In this document: positions 41,279 to 51,534 of the stretch, piece after piece
Layout of the letters: each line of letters starts with the position of its first letter
Position numbering within the stretch: the stretch's first letter is position 1
NCBI GenBank assembly: GCA_027021705.1
Contig: JALUTT010000010.1
Location: forward strand, 1 to 64,000
Direction of reading: 5' to 3'
DNA: 64,000 bases
Origin: Anaerolineae bacterium
Lineage (GTDB): Bacteria > Chloroflexota > Anaerolineae > S140-20
The notes under the pieces: model-generated
What the model saw: the letters and a program-made list of their open reading frames with translations, nothing else
Told to the model about the DNA's origin: nothing
Database searches by the model: none
Program-made: the position numbers and the translations under genes

Positions 41279-43915
41279 CTATCGGGAAACCAGGGGCAGG
41301 AAAACGCGGTAGGCGGTACTGGCGGCCCCGCTGTCCGGGTCCAGGTAGTTGGGGATGCCGTCGTGGTCGCTGTCCCCGGTTCCCTCGTCTTGATCCAGGA
41401 TGCCGTCGCCATCGGAGTCCAGGTCCAGATAGTTGGGGATGCCATCGCCGTCGGCATCGGGATCAGGGATGCCGTCGTTGTCGGCGTCGCCCGTCGCCTC
41501 GACGGCGTCGGGGATGCCATCGCCGTCGGAGTCGAGGTCGAGGAAGTTGGGGACGCCGTCGTGATCAGCGTCGCCTGCACCCTCATCGGCGTCGGGGATG
41601 CCATCGCCGTCGGAGTCGAGGTCGAGGAAGTTGGGGGTGCCGTCGCCATCGGCGTCGTCGGCTCCCTCGACGGCGTCAGGGATGCCATCGCCGTCGGAGT
41701 CGAGGTCGAGGAAGTTGGGGGTGCCGTCGCCGTCGGCGTCATCGGCTCCCTCGACGGCGTCAGGGATGGTATCGCCATCGGAGTCGAGGTCGAGGAAGTT
41801 GGGGGTGCCGTCGCCGTCGGCGTCGTCAGCCCCTTCGACGGCGTCAGGGATGGTATCGCCATCGGAGTCGAGGTCGAGGAAGTTGGGGGTGCCGTCGCCG
41901 TCGGCGTCGTCGGCTCCCTCGACGGCGTCAGGGATGGTATCGCCATCGGAGTCGAGGTCGAGGAAGTTGGGGGTGCCGTCGCCGTCGGCGTCATCGGCTC
42001 CCTCGACGGCGTCGGGGATGGTGTCGCCATCGGAGTCGAGGTCGAGGAAGTTGGGGGTGCCGTCGCCGTCGGCGTCGTCAGCCCCTTCGACGGCGTCGGG
42101 GATGGTGTCGTTATCGGCGTCCCGGTCTAGGTAGTTGGGGGTGCCATCACCGTCGGCATCACCTCTCCCTTCCAGAGAGTCGGGGATGCCATCGTCGTCG
42201 GTGTCGGGGACGGCGCTCACGTAGTCGGTGACGGAGACTTCGATGAAATCGGGGAGTTCGTTGCTCTTGGCCCAGGCGGTGTTCACCACCGGACCACCGC
42301 CCGCCGGCTGGAAGTCCTCAGCCACCTGGACCTGGAAGCGGAGGATCAGGTCCTCATCGGGGGCCAGGACCGTCTCCGACATCATCGCGGTGATTAGTAC
42401 CGTCCCGCTGTCATAGCTGAAGAGCAAGAGGTCGGCATTGGTCCAGACGGTGCCGCTGATGTAGGTGGTGTTCGTCGGCACCAGGTCCACGATGACGACA
42501 CCCGTCTGGGGGCGTCCCCCGGTGTTGGCAGCGACAACCTCGTAGGTGATGATGCCACCGGGGTAGAGGGGGGTATCGGTCCAGGAGACCTTGCTCAGGA
42601 TGAGCTCGTAGGCCAGAATAGCGGTGCTGGTTTCGGCGTCGTCGGTCACCGTCTGGCCCAGGCGGTCGCGGCCTGAGGCGGTGGCCTGGTTCACCAGCGG
42701 GTCCTCGTCCGACTCCTGGACGGTGTAGGACATCTGGCAGGTGTAGGAGTCGGCAGGGGCCAGGGTGTCTCGGTCGCAGTCCGGCACCGTGGCGGCGATG
42801 AGAGCATCGTAGACGGAGAGGTCGTAGAGGGGAGTGTCGCCCGTGTTGGTCACGGTGAAGGTATAGACGATGGTCTCACCGATGCCCGTCTGGGCGGGTC
42901 CCTCTTTCTCCAGGGCGATGGCTGGATGGAGGATGTCGAGGCTGTGGGAGGCGGAAGCGCTGGCCTGACGTCCGTAAGGGTCTGTGCCTACTGCGGCGGC
43001 TTCGTTGACGAGGGGGGGATCTGCTCCTGCGGGCACAGTGTAGCTGGCTTGGCAAGTGTAGGTGTCGCCGGGGAGCAGCCCTGAGTAGGCGCAGTTGGCC
43101 ACCTCACCGCCCAGCAGCGGGTCCGAGACCGTGACGTCCAGGGGGACCAGGCCGGTGTTGGTGATTTCGAAGGTGTAGGTGACCTCGTCTCCTTCGTGGG
43201 CGGCATCGGGACCGCTCTTGGTCATAGTCAGCGCCGGGGGAGCGATGATGTAGCAGACCTCCAGCCAGGGGCGCTGGCTGGTGACTTCGTATTCGCTGCT
43301 GTAGTACTTTTCGTACTCGGCGAAGCCGGCGTCAGGGACCTCCAGCACGATGCCGTAGTTGGGGCGCTGACCGTCCAGCCACTCTTGGACCAGGGCGGTC
43401 AGGTCACTGGTGTGCCAACCCTTCGTCTCTACGGAGAAGCTGCCGGCGACCTCGGGGTCCAGGCTCTCGGCGAAGCTTTCCCAGGTGACGGTGGACTCCT
43501 CCCAGGCGGTCGTAGCGGCGTGGATGGAGACGGTGGCCTGTCGGGCTCCCTCGAAGTGGTAGATGCCAAAGGTTGCCGAGTCCAGGATGGCTCCTTCCGG
43601 GAGGATGTCGTCTAGGTCGAACCAGAGAAGGGCCCACTTGCGGTAGACGTTCACCTTGCCTGTGTGCAGGTGGCGGGCGGAGCCCAGGTTGCGCTGGGGG
43701 AGCCCTTCCCAGATGCTGGCGTCGGCCACCGTGCCGAAGGTGCCCCGCTGAATGAGCACGCACGTCCGTTCCGGTCCAGTCTGGGGGAGGGCTTCTGGGG
43801 AGGTGGCCGATGGGCTCGTGGCCTGCACCAGGGTGGGGGAGAGGAGGAGAAGGGAAAGAAGCAGCCAGCTCAGAAGGGAAAGGATGGCTATAGGTCTGTG
43901 ACGTTGTGTGATCAT
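41279..43915 (-). CDS. Secreted surface protein: DNRLRE-like domain, Ig-like/DUF11 repeats, Ca-binding Asp-rich repeats
   Basis: Signal peptide; YTF.ITNTG repeats; DxDGDG repeats; C-terminal YRVFLPLVSR. Confidence 0.88.
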   Translation of the reverse strand: MITQRHRPIAILSLLSWLLLSLLLLSPTLVQATSPSATSPEALPQTGPERTCVLIQRGTFGTVADASIWEGLPQRNLGSARHLHTGKVNVYRKWALLWFDLDDILPEGAILDSATFGIYHFEGARQATVSIHAATTAWEESTVTWESFAESLDPEVAGSFSVETKGWHTSDLTALVQEWLDGQRPNYGIVLEVPDAGFAEYEKYYSSEYEVTSQRPWLEVCYIIAPPALTMTKSGPDAAHEGDEVTYTFEITNTGLVPLDVTVSDPLLGGEVANCAYSGLLPGDTYTCQASYTVPAGADPPLVNEAAAVGTDPYGRQASASASHSLDILHPAIALEKEGPAQTGIGETIVYTFTVTNTGDTPLYDLSVYDALIAATVPDCDRDTLAPADSYTCQMSYTVQESDEDPLVNQATASGRDRLGQTVTDDAETSTAILAYELILSKVSWTDTPLYPGGIITYEVVAANTGGRPQTGVVIVDLVPTNTTYISGTVWTNADLLLFSYDSGTVLITAMMSETVLAPDEDLILRFQVQVAEDFQPAGGGPVVNTAWAKSNELPDFIEVSVTDYVSAVPDTDDDGIPDSLEGRGDADGDGTPNYLDRDADNDTIPDAVEGADDADGDGTPNFLDLDSDGDTIPDAVEGADDADGDGTPNFLDLDSDGDTIPDAVEGADDADGDGTPNFLDLDSDGDTIPDAVEGADDADGDGTPNFLDLDSDGDTIPDAVEGADDADGDGTPNFLDLDSDGDGIPDAVEGADDADGDGTPNFLDLDSDGDGIPDADEGAGDADHDGVPNFLDLDSDGDGIPDAVEATGDADNDGIPDPDADGDGIPNYLDLDSDGDGILDQDEGTGDSDHDGIPNYLDPDSGAASTAYRVFLPLVSR
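41336..42205 (-). repeat. Coding tandem repeat, 84-bp (28-aa) unit, about 10 copies
   Basis: DSDGDTIPDAVEGADDADGDGTPNFLDL. Confidence 0.95.
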
Positions 43916-44135
43916 ACCGGTACCTCGCTTGAAGCTAGCCCTGAAGTTTACCCATCTCAACAGAGGCTGGTCCCTCGAACTTCCTACGAGCTATTTTAGC
44001 TTGCTCCGGTGAGAGAGGTGTCAGCGGTGGGTTAGAAAAAAGTTAAGGGGGGCCTCTGGAGCCGTTTTCTAACCCGTTTTTAATGAATCCATGCTATCAT
44101 ATCCCCGTCATCGAATCGAGACGCAGGAGGGTGCT

Positions 44136-45464
44136 ATGGTCCGGTGGGGCAGGCTTGGCTCTGTTCTCAAGGTATGGGGACTCCTGGGACTCCTGTTGAT
44201 CACCGCTGGCTGTCGCAGTTCGGCCCCGGTTGGGGCGGGGGGGGCGGAAATGGGGGAGGTCACGGCCACAGCCACACCGGCTCCCCTGCGCACGCCGGTG
44301 CCTCGGATCACCATTGTGCCCCGGCCCACGCTCCCGGCCCGAGGGAACTCCCCGACGCCATCGTCGGAACTGTCGGCCTTGCAGTCGCCGCTCAGCCCTC
44401 TCCCCTCGCCGTCTCCCTCCTCGGGGGGAGGGGCGGGGATAGGGGAAAGCCCAGGAGGACCGACGGCCACGCCCGAGGAGGGGGCCTCCTTTAGGCCGAC
44501 TCCCTCCCAAGATCTGACGGCTACACCAACGCCGCTGTCAACGCGGTGGGCAGGAGAAGCTTCCCCGACACCTATGGCGACATCTACCCCCAGACCGACG
44601 CCAGCTTCTTCGCCAACGTCGGGTCCCCCACCCTCGCCTTCCCCTTCCCCCAGGCCGACTTCGACGCCAACCCCGACGCCGGGACCGACGGCAACGCCCA
44701 CCTCAACGCCGCCAACCCCGACACCGGGACCTACGGCAACGCCTACCTTAACACCGGCCCCTGGGACCGTTATGCCATCGGCTACCCCTTCTAGCACGCC
44801 CACGCCGACCCCAACGCCGAGGCAAGGGCACACACCAACCCCCACGCCTATGCCTACCCCTACCGTTGTGCCAGCCGGCTGGACTTTCTCCGGGCTATTC
44901 CTGCAGGTAGAGGAGGAGGACGTGTTTACACTGTACTTGTGGGGGGAACTCCTCAACGGGACCGGCGAGTCGCAGGAGGTCATCTCGATCTACCTCTGTG
45001 AGGTGGGCGGCGATCCCATTTTAGAGGACGTGACCATCTCCTTCTTCCCAATGGAAGTCCTGCCCCCGGGCTGGAAGGGTCCCTTTCAGATGGTTATGGG
45101 TCCTCTGGACGCACTGCCGGCTCCTGCAGACCAACTGCTGGACCAGTATGAGCTCTGTGTGGCCGAAGCAGAGCCCAGCGATTTCCCGCTTCGGGAGGAC
45201 CTGGTGGTTACCGATGCTTCATTGGTGGGCGCGGATGGGAGCTGCCGGGTAGAGGGGACGGTCCGCAACGACGGCCCGGCGTTGAGCGATTACCTGCAGG
45301 TGGTGGTGACCTTCTACAATGCTGAGGACCTGGTGATCGGCTACGGGGATTTTTACACGGTTGCGACGAGCGATCTGCAGGCCGGTGAAGTCCCTTTTAC
45401 CGTAGAGTGCCTCGATATGCCCGAGTTCCCCGATGACTACGCGGTCCAGGCGGTGGGGAGTTAG
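44136..45464 (+). CDS. Lipoprotein with Pro/Thr-rich linker and FxLYD-like C-terminal domains
   Basis: Lipobox ITAGC; PT repeats; VEGTVRN..VVVTFYNAE..IG; AGGAGG RBS. Confidence 0.85.
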   Translation: MVRWGRLGSVLKVWGLLGLLLITAGCRSSAPVGAGGAEMGEVTATATPAPLRTPVPRITIVPRPTLPARGNSPTPSSELSALQSPLSPLPSPSPSSGGGAGIGESPGGPTATPEEGASFRPTPSQDLTATPTPLSTRWAGEASPTPMATSTPRPTPASSPTSGPPPSPSPSPRPTSTPTPTPGPTATPTSTPPTPTPGPTATPTLTPAPGTVMPSATPSSTPTPTPTPRQGHTPTPTPMPTPTVVPAGWTFSGLFLQVEEEDVFTLYLWGELLNGTGESQEVISIYLCEVGGDPILEDVTISFFPMEVLPPGWKGPFQMVMGPLDALPAPADQLLDQYELCVAEAEPSDFPLREDLVVTDASLVGADGSCRVEGTVRNDGPALSDYLQVVVTFYNAEDLVIGYGDFYTVATSDLQAGEVPFTVECLDMPEFPDDYAVQAVGS

Positions 45465-45525
45465 CCTTCTCTCCGTTTCGTTGTTCCCCTTGGTCCAAGG
45501 TGCGCGAGAGTCCGTCCAGATTGGG

Positions 45526-45592
45526 GTAACGTATCTATTCATCCCACCCTCCCGCAGGTTACCGGTCGAGGGCGCTTTCAGCCCCGATGGGC
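45526..45592 (-). repeat. Family A element, partial copy
   Basis: ACCCTCCCGCAGGTTACCGGTCGAGGGCGCTTTCAGCCCCGATGGGC; overlaps last codons of cca. Confidence 0.85.
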
Positions 45593-47083
45593 CAGTTGAG
45601 CGGCCAGGGCTAGGGCTTCCTCCCGGTTGTGCACTTCGCCGGCGGCCTGGGCCTCGCGCACAGCCTCCAGGATCCGTCCTACTCGGGGGCCAGGGGGTAC
45701 TCCCAGCGTTTCAATCAGGTCGTGGCCGCTAATGAGGGGGGGAGGGTGGACCTGGTCGTGGTCCTGGAACCAGCGGGCGAGCAGTTGTTCGACGACCTCC
45801 AGCAGCCGGGTCCATCGCTCCGGGATCAGGTCCGGCCCCCAGATGGCCAGGTGGTCGGCCAGGGCGAGGAGGGCGACCTCCACGCCGGCCGGTCCCAAGG
45901 CTCGGAAGTAGCGGTAAACGGCTCGCCGGCTGGGGCGACCGCTACGGGCCAGATAGGCGGGCCGCATGTGGTGGGCAACCATCCGCTCCACTTCCTGGAC
46001 CTCCCGCCGGTTGAACCGGAGGAGCTGGAGCCGTCCGGCGGCCATCTCCGCGCCGATGGCATCGTGGCCGTAGAAGTGGATCCGCCCCTGATCGTCCATC
46101 GAATGGGTGGCCGGCTTCCCCACGTCGTGGAAGAGGGTGCCCAGCTTCAAGAGCAGCAGCCGGGTGCGCTCCTCACCCCCGGTTTCCTGGGCCAGGTGGG
46201 TCTGCAGGTAAGGGGCCAGCGGGATCAGCCTCTCCTCGATCTCCTGCCAGGTTCCCTCCGGAACGGGCGGAACGGTCTCGGGCCGAGGGAGGGTCTCAGC
46301 CATCCCTAGCTGTTGCAGCAGACGCTCCAGGGCTCCCAGTGTGTAGAGGGTGTGTTCCCAGACGTCCCAGTGGTGAGGGGGCGTCTGGGGCTCTCCCCGG
46401 AGCAGGGCGATTTCGGGCAGGACGATGGAGAGCGTTCCCAACCGGTCCATCAACGCCAGGTGGTGGGGGCTGCCGGGGGCGTCCAGAATGCGGGCCAGCT
46501 CGTCCCGGACCCGTTCGGCGGAGGATTGGGCCAGGAGGGGGGCGTCCTGCCGGGCCTGGCGGGCCGTTGACGGCTCCAACTCGAAGCCCAGGTCGGCGAC
46601 CATGCGCACGGCCCGCAGCAGTCGGACCGGATCTTCCCGGAAGGCGTGAGGCGTGGTGGCCCGCACCAGCTTCTTGGACAGGTCGGCCTGACCGTCGAGG
46701 GGGTCCAGGACTTGACCGGTGCGCAGATCCACGGCGATGGCGTTGATGGTGAAGTCCCGTCCGGTCAGGTCGGCCTGGATGTCAGGGCCGCGCAGGCGGG
46801 CGAAGTCCAGGTAGAGGCGCTGACCGGCCTCGTCGCGTACCACGGCACGGGCGGTATCCCGCTCCTCGTCCAGAGGAACGTAGGCACCGCCCAGGGCGTT
46901 GGCCATCTTCCGGGCCAGGTCCATCGCCGGTCCATCCACGGCGAAGTCATAGTCGTGGGTAGGACGGCCCAGCAGGGCGTCCCGCACCGCGCCGCCGACC
47001 AGGAAGATGGGAACGCCTTCTTGCAGCAGAAGGGTGCGGGCTCGGATCAAGAGAGAGGATTCAGGCCAGGGAAACCGGGGCAA
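45578..47083 (-). CDS. cca: tRNA nucleotidyltransferase with HD domain
   Basis: VGGAVRD..DYD, RDFTINA, DPVRLLRA, FHDVGKP. Confidence 0.9.
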   Translation of the reverse strand: MPRFPWPESSLLIRARTLLLQEGVPIFLVGGAVRDALLGRPTHDYDFAVDGPAMDLARKMANALGGAYVPLDEERDTARAVVRDEAGQRLYLDFARLRGPDIQADLTGRDFTINAIAVDLRTGQVLDPLDGQADLSKKLVRATTPHAFREDPVRLLRAVRMVADLGFELEPSTARQARQDAPLLAQSSAERVRDELARILDAPGSPHHLALMDRLGTLSIVLPEIALLRGEPQTPPHHWDVWEHTLYTLGALERLLQQLGMAETLPRPETVPPVPEGTWQEIEERLIPLAPYLQTHLAQETGGEERTRLLLLKLGTLFHDVGKPATHSMDDQGRIHFYGHDAIGAEMAAGRLQLLRFNRREVQEVERMVAHHMRPAYLARSGRPSRRAVYRYFRALGPAGVEVALLALADHLAIWGPDLIPERWTRLLEVVEQLLARWFQDHDQVHPPPLISGHDLIETLGVPPGPRVGRILEAVREAQAAGEVHNREEALALAAQLAHRG

Positions 47084-47090
47084 AGTCGTC

Positions 47091-47921
47091 TCACCCTCCG
47101 CGGGGATTAGGTTGGCGTTCGGCCTGGGGAGGAGGTTGGCGCAGACCTGCTTGGCACAGGAGCTCGTGGGACCAGGCAGCGAGGGCCGGGTCCAGGGGCG
47201 GAACGGGCTCCTGGGTGTAGTCTATCCGCAGATCGTAGCGCATCCGCTCGTAGACCTGGGTGAGCAGTTCCCCCAGCGCCAGGGTGGGTTCCTCGTCGTC
47301 AGGACGCAGGGGGATGGGAACCTCCGGGATGGGTTCGTTCAGGTTGAATGGGTAGAGATGGGCTTGAGGCCGTTCCCACCCCCGGCTGACGAGGATCCGG
47401 TAGTGGCTGGCGGGGATGGTGCCCATAGGCATAGGGTCCCAGGCCCGCAAGGGGTCTATCTCGACCAGGTTGGTAGGGGTGTGGAGCACCTGACGGCGTT
47501 TCCGCTCGTACTGCCGACGCCCTGGGCCGGGTTGCTTATTGGTCGGCGAGAGGATTTCAAGGACCGTGATCACCTCGTGGGTGACCACGTCGCGGATTTC
47601 CAAATAGCGTTCGCGAACCGGGTCGGGCAGTGGGAGCTCGATGGTGACCGGGCGTTCCGGGGCGGCTGCGGCGGCGGCGCCGGTGGGAAGTTGGGATGGT
47701 GCCGGTGGGAGGCCGATGACTGCGATGTCCGGTCGGCCGATGAAGGTGGGTGGTTCAGCCGCTACGATGTAAGTGCGTTGCTCCACGGCCACGTAGTAGC
47801 GAGGGGCCACCTGGGGTCCCAAGGCCATCGCCACGCTGGAGATCAGGAGGGCGTGCAGTCCGGGCCACAAGGCCGGATTTTCCAGATAGGGGTCCATTCC
47901 AGGGAACGGCGAAGCGGTCAC
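47091..47921 (-). CDS. DUF4058-family protein
   Basis: SPFPGMDPYLE, EILSPTNK; GTG start with GGAGG RBS. Confidence 0.88.
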   Translation of the reverse strand: MTASPFPGMDPYLENPALWPGLHALLISSVAMALGPQVAPRYYVAVEQRTYIVAAEPPTFIGRPDIAVIGLPPAPSQLPTGAAAAAAPERPVTIELPLPDPVRERYLEIRDVVTHEVITVLEILSPTNKQPGPGRRQYERKRRQVLHTPTNLVEIDPLRAWDPMPMGTIPASHYRILVSRGWERPQAHLYPFNLNEPIPEVPIPLRPDDEEPTLALGELLTQVYERMRYDLRIDYTQEPVPPLDPALAAWSHELLCQAGLRQPPPQAERQPNPRGG

Positions 47922-48019
47922 GGCCAACCTCCCCCAACTGTTCGGGCGCAGGCTCATTATACCAAAAGCTGGGAATCCGACCACCGGTTGGCCTCTCCGC
48001 GAGGGGTGGGACAGTTGGG

Positions 48020-50974
48020 TTAGAGCAGATCCACCGGGTCCACGTCTACCCGCCAGCCGGGGGGGATGGGGACTTGGCGCAGCAGGGCGGCGGGGTCGGG
48101 GTGGCGCAGCAGGAGGTGCCAGCGGTAGGCTCCCCGGAGGCGGGCGAAGAAGGCCGGCGCCGGCCCAATCAGGTCGGTGGCCGGCCTTCCTTCTTCGCGC
48201 AGTCGTTCGCGGATGGCCTCGGCCAGCGCCTCGGCTTCCTGACGGGCCTTGCGGGCCTGGGTGTGGCGGTAGAGGAGACGGGCCAGGCGGCCGTAGGGGG
48301 GATAGCCCATCTCCTCCCGAAAGGCCAGCTCCCGCCGGGCGAAGGCGCTGTAGTCGTGGGCCGCGGCCGCCCGGATGGCGTAGTGCTCCGGGTGGTAGGT
48401 CTGAAGGATCACCCGCCCGCCCCGCAGCCCCCGGCCGGCCCGTCCTGCCACCTGAACCAGCAATTGGAAGGTCCGCTCGGCCGCCCGGAAGTCGGGCAGG
48501 TGGAGCGCGGTGTCGGCCGAGACGATCCCCACCAGGGTCACCAGGGGCAGGTCGAGCCCCTTGGCGATCATCTGGGTCCCCACCAGCACGTCGGCCTGTC
48601 CCTCGACGAAGCGGCGCAGGAAGAGGTCGTGGGCTCCCCGCCAGCCTGTGGTGTCCCGATCCCAGCGCAGCAGCCGGGCCTGGGGGAAGAGGGTGCGCAC
48701 CGCCTCCTCCACCCCCTGGGTCCCCAGGCCGAAGTAGCGGATGCGGGTGCTGCCACAGGCCGGGCAACGGGCCGGGGCCGGCTCCCGGTGGTCGCAGTAG
48801 TGGCAGACGAGGTGCGAGGCGGGCAACCCCTCACCGCCTTCGACCGGATGGTGATGCTGGGTCAGTGGGATGTCGCAGCGGGGGCAGGTCATCACGTGGC
48901 CGCAGTCCCGGCAGAAGACGTGGGTTGCCGCCCCCCGCCGGTTCAGGAAGAGGATCACCTGCTCGCCGCGCTCCAGCGTCTCCGCCATCGCCCGTTGGAG
49001 GGCCCGGCTGAAGATGTGGCGGTGGCCGGCCCGCAGCTCCTGGCGCATGTCCACCACCTGGACCTGGGGCAGGGGGAGGACGACGGCCTGGGCCGTCTCC
49101 TGCCGGTAGCGGATCACCGTCAGGCCGAACCGCCGGCGCTGGGCCTCGATCCGACGCCGGTAGCCTCGGATGCGCTGGGGCAGCGTCAGTAGGCGGAAGT
49201 CGCCCTGGCGGGCCCGGTGGTAGCTCTCCAGGCTGGGTGTCGCGCTGCCCAGGATCACCACCGCGCCGGTCAGCCGGGCTCGGGCCAGGGCGACGGTGCG
49301 GGCGTGGTAGTAGGGGGGGCGATCCTGCTTGTAGGAGGTGTCGTGCTCCTCGTCCAGGACGATGAGGCCCGGCCGGGGTAGGGGGGCGAAGAGGGCGGAG
49401 CGGGGGCCGACGACGATGGGCAGTTCACCGGCTCGGATCCGCCGCCAAGTGTCGTAGCGCTCGCCTTCGGAGAGCCGGCTGTGGAGCAGCGCCACCCGAC
49501 CGGGAAAGCGGGCGACGAAGCGGCGCACCGTCTGCGGGGTGAGGCTGATCTCCGGCACCAGCACGATGGCCCCCCGGCCCTGCTCCAGCGTCGCCGCCAC
49601 CGCCCGCAGGTAGATCTCCGTCTTGCCCGACCCGGTGACGCCGTGGAGGAGCCAGGTGACCGGCTCCTCGGAGGTGAGGGAGGGGGCGATGGCCTCCCAG
49701 ACGGCCCGCTGGTCCGGGGTCAGGGGTGGGGGCGACTCGGGCACGACCTCGATCTCGGCCAGGGGATCTCGCCAGACCTCGGCGGAGCCGAAGGCGACCA
49801 GCCCCAGGTCGGCCAGCCGCTTCAGGTGGTGGGGCCGACAGCGGGCCTGGGCGTAGACCCAGCTCACGTCCACCGGTTCCGGCTCGCGGCGCAGGAGGTC
49901 CAGGATGCGCCGGTAGACGTCGCCGCCGCGCAGTTCGTCGGCCCGGCGTCGGGCCTCGTCGGGGGAGAGGAGGAGCTGGACGAGGGCCGGCGTCTCGATG
50001 CGGCGCACGTAGCCCCGCCGGATGAGGGCTCGCAGCGGAGCGGAGGGGAACTGACCGGCGGGCAGGGGGGCGGCAGCGTCCCGAAGCGTCTGCAGGACGG
50101 CGGCCTGGGCCGGCGCTCGGCTCAGGGTGTCGGTCAGAACCTCCTCGATCGCCTCGCGGGAGAGGGTGGACTCGACCAGCGTCTGGGCCGGTATCAGGGC
50201 GATCCACCCCCGGCGGGCCAGGGCCTGGATGGGGGCGAGGGAGCAACCGACGGCTTCCCGGACCCGCTCCAGCCGGGGGAGAGGGTCGGGGGAGGTGGCC
50301 AGCCAGTCCAGCAGGTCCGCCTGTCGGCTGGAGCGTCCCAACTGGGGGCGGGCGGCGGCGATTTCGGCGTCGGTGGCGGCCAGGTGGACGGTGCGGACGG
50401 CCTGGGGGCGGGCACGGGGCGGGGTCAGGATGGGGCGCTTGCTCACGATACCCTGAGCGGCCAGCCGGTCCACGGCGCGCCGCCACCGCTCCCGCCGCAT
50501 CACCCGGTCCAGTTGGCCGCTGCGCAGGGGGCCCCGGCGCTGGAGCAGGGTGATGATCTCCCGCTGGGCCGGGGTGAGGGTTTCGGGCAGTGGAACGCCG
50601 GGGAGCAGGGTGACGAGGGTCTCGGCGCTGCCCACGACGCCGGGGGGGAGCATGGTCTGGAAGCAGGTGGCGAGCGGGGCCAAGTAGTAGTCGGCCATCC
50701 AGCGGGCCAACCGGACCTGCTCCGCCGTCACCACGGGCTCCGGATCCACCAGCGCCTCCAGGGGGCGGAGCTCTTCGGCGGGAACGGGGCTGGTCTCGCT
50801 CAGACCGACGACGATGCCGTACTGGCGGCGGGGGCCAAAGGGCACCGTGACCAGGTGGCCAGGCCGGAGCCGGCCCTCCAGGTCCGGCGGGATGGCGTAA
50901 TGAAAGGTCGGCTGGGTGGTCTCCTGGGGGCCAGCCGACCGTAGGGGGACGAGGACGGCCACTTCGGCGTACAT
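48020..50974 (-). CDS. priA: Primosomal protein N'
   Basis: GVTGSGKT, DEEH, SATP, four CxxC pairs, QVAGRAGR. Confidence 0.97.
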   Translation of the reverse strand: MYAEVAVLVPLRSAGPQETTQPTFHYAIPPDLEGRLRPGHLVTVPFGPRRQYGIVVGLSETSPVPAEELRPLEALVDPEPVVTAEQVRLARWMADYYLAPLATCFQTMLPPGVVGSAETLVTLLPGVPLPETLTPAQREIITLLQRRGPLRSGQLDRVMRRERWRRAVDRLAAQGIVSKRPILTPPRARPQAVRTVHLAATDAEIAAARPQLGRSSRQADLLDWLATSPDPLPRLERVREAVGCSLAPIQALARRGWIALIPAQTLVESTLSREAIEEVLTDTLSRAPAQAAVLQTLRDAAAPLPAGQFPSAPLRALIRRGYVRRIETPALVQLLLSPDEARRRADELRGGDVYRRILDLLRREPEPVDVSWVYAQARCRPHHLKRLADLGLVAFGSAEVWRDPLAEIEVVPESPPPLTPDQRAVWEAIAPSLTSEEPVTWLLHGVTGSGKTEIYLRAVAATLEQGRGAIVLVPEISLTPQTVRRFVARFPGRVALLHSRLSEGERYDTWRRIRAGELPIVVGPRSALFAPLPRPGLIVLDEEHDTSYKQDRPPYYHARTVALARARLTGAVVILGSATPSLESYHRARQGDFRLLTLPQRIRGYRRRIEAQRRRFGLTVIRYRQETAQAVVLPLPQVQVVDMRQELRAGHRHIFSRALQRAMAETLERGEQVILFLNRRGAATHVFCRDCGHVMTCPRCDIPLTQHHHPVEGGEGLPASHLVCHYCDHREPAPARCPACGSTRIRYFGLGTQGVEEAVRTLFPQARLLRWDRDTTGWRGAHDLFLRRFVEGQADVLVGTQMIAKGLDLPLVTLVGIVSADTALHLPDFRAAERTFQLLVQVAGRAGRGLRGGRVILQTYHPEHYAIRAAAAHDYSAFARRELAFREEMGYPPYGRLARLLYRHTQARKARQEAEALAEAIRERLREEGRPATDLIGPAPAFFARLRGAYRWHLLLRHPDPAALLRQVPIPPGWRVDVDPVDLL

Positions 50975-50979
50975 CGTGG

Positions 50980-51534
50980 TCAGCGAGTCCTTGGTCCTCG
51001 GTCCTTCGTCCTGAGTCCTGGATCTCTGCGGCTCGATGCGGCGATCGAGGGGGCGGACGGCGGGGTGGTTTCCAGGCTCGCATGGACGACGGTCTCGTTA
51101 TCCTCCCCGAAGGTGAAGGTAGCCCGCACCCGTTCCCCGGCAAGGATGCGTGGCAGCCAGTAGGCCCCATCCTGCCACATCTGGGCCAGGGGGAGCCGAT
51201 CCACCGGGAACCAGGCCGGCCTCATCTCCGGGCTCTCCCGGGGAGTTCCTTCCCAGGCGGTGACCAGGAAGACGTGGACTTCCTGGCTCCAGGTGGGCCG
51301 GGCGGGGAAGAGGAAGGTCAGGTGGGCCACGGGTCGGAGGGCAGCTTCTTGGGCCTCGAGGCCGGCTTCCTCCCATAGCTCTCGGAGGGCGGCGGTGGTG
51401 ATGGTCTCGCCGGCCTCCACTTTGCCGCCGAAGCCGGCGTATTTTCCGGCCCCGAAGCCGGCCTTCTTGAGTCCCAGGAGGACCTCGCGGGCCGGGTTGC
51501 CGCGCACGGGAAAGCAGAGGGTCCGCTGGTTCAT
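50980..51534 (-). CDS. Nudix hydrolase, MTH1/MutT-like 8-oxo-dGTPase
   Basis: GFGGKVEAGE..AALRELWEEAGL; ESPEMRPAW. Confidence 0.88.
   Translation of the reverse strand: MNQRTLCFPVRGNPAREVLLGLKKAGFGAGKYAGFGGKVEAGETITTAALRELWEEAGLEAQEAALRPVAHLTFLFPARPTWSQEVHVFLVTAWEGTPRESPEMRPAWFPVDRLPLAQMWQDGAYWLPRILAGERVRATFTFGEDNETVVHASLETTPPSAPSIAASSRRDPGLRTKDRGPRTR

Noticed and set aside
41336..42205. CRISPR-like periodic repeat
   Set aside because: In-frame coding repeat of 28 aa
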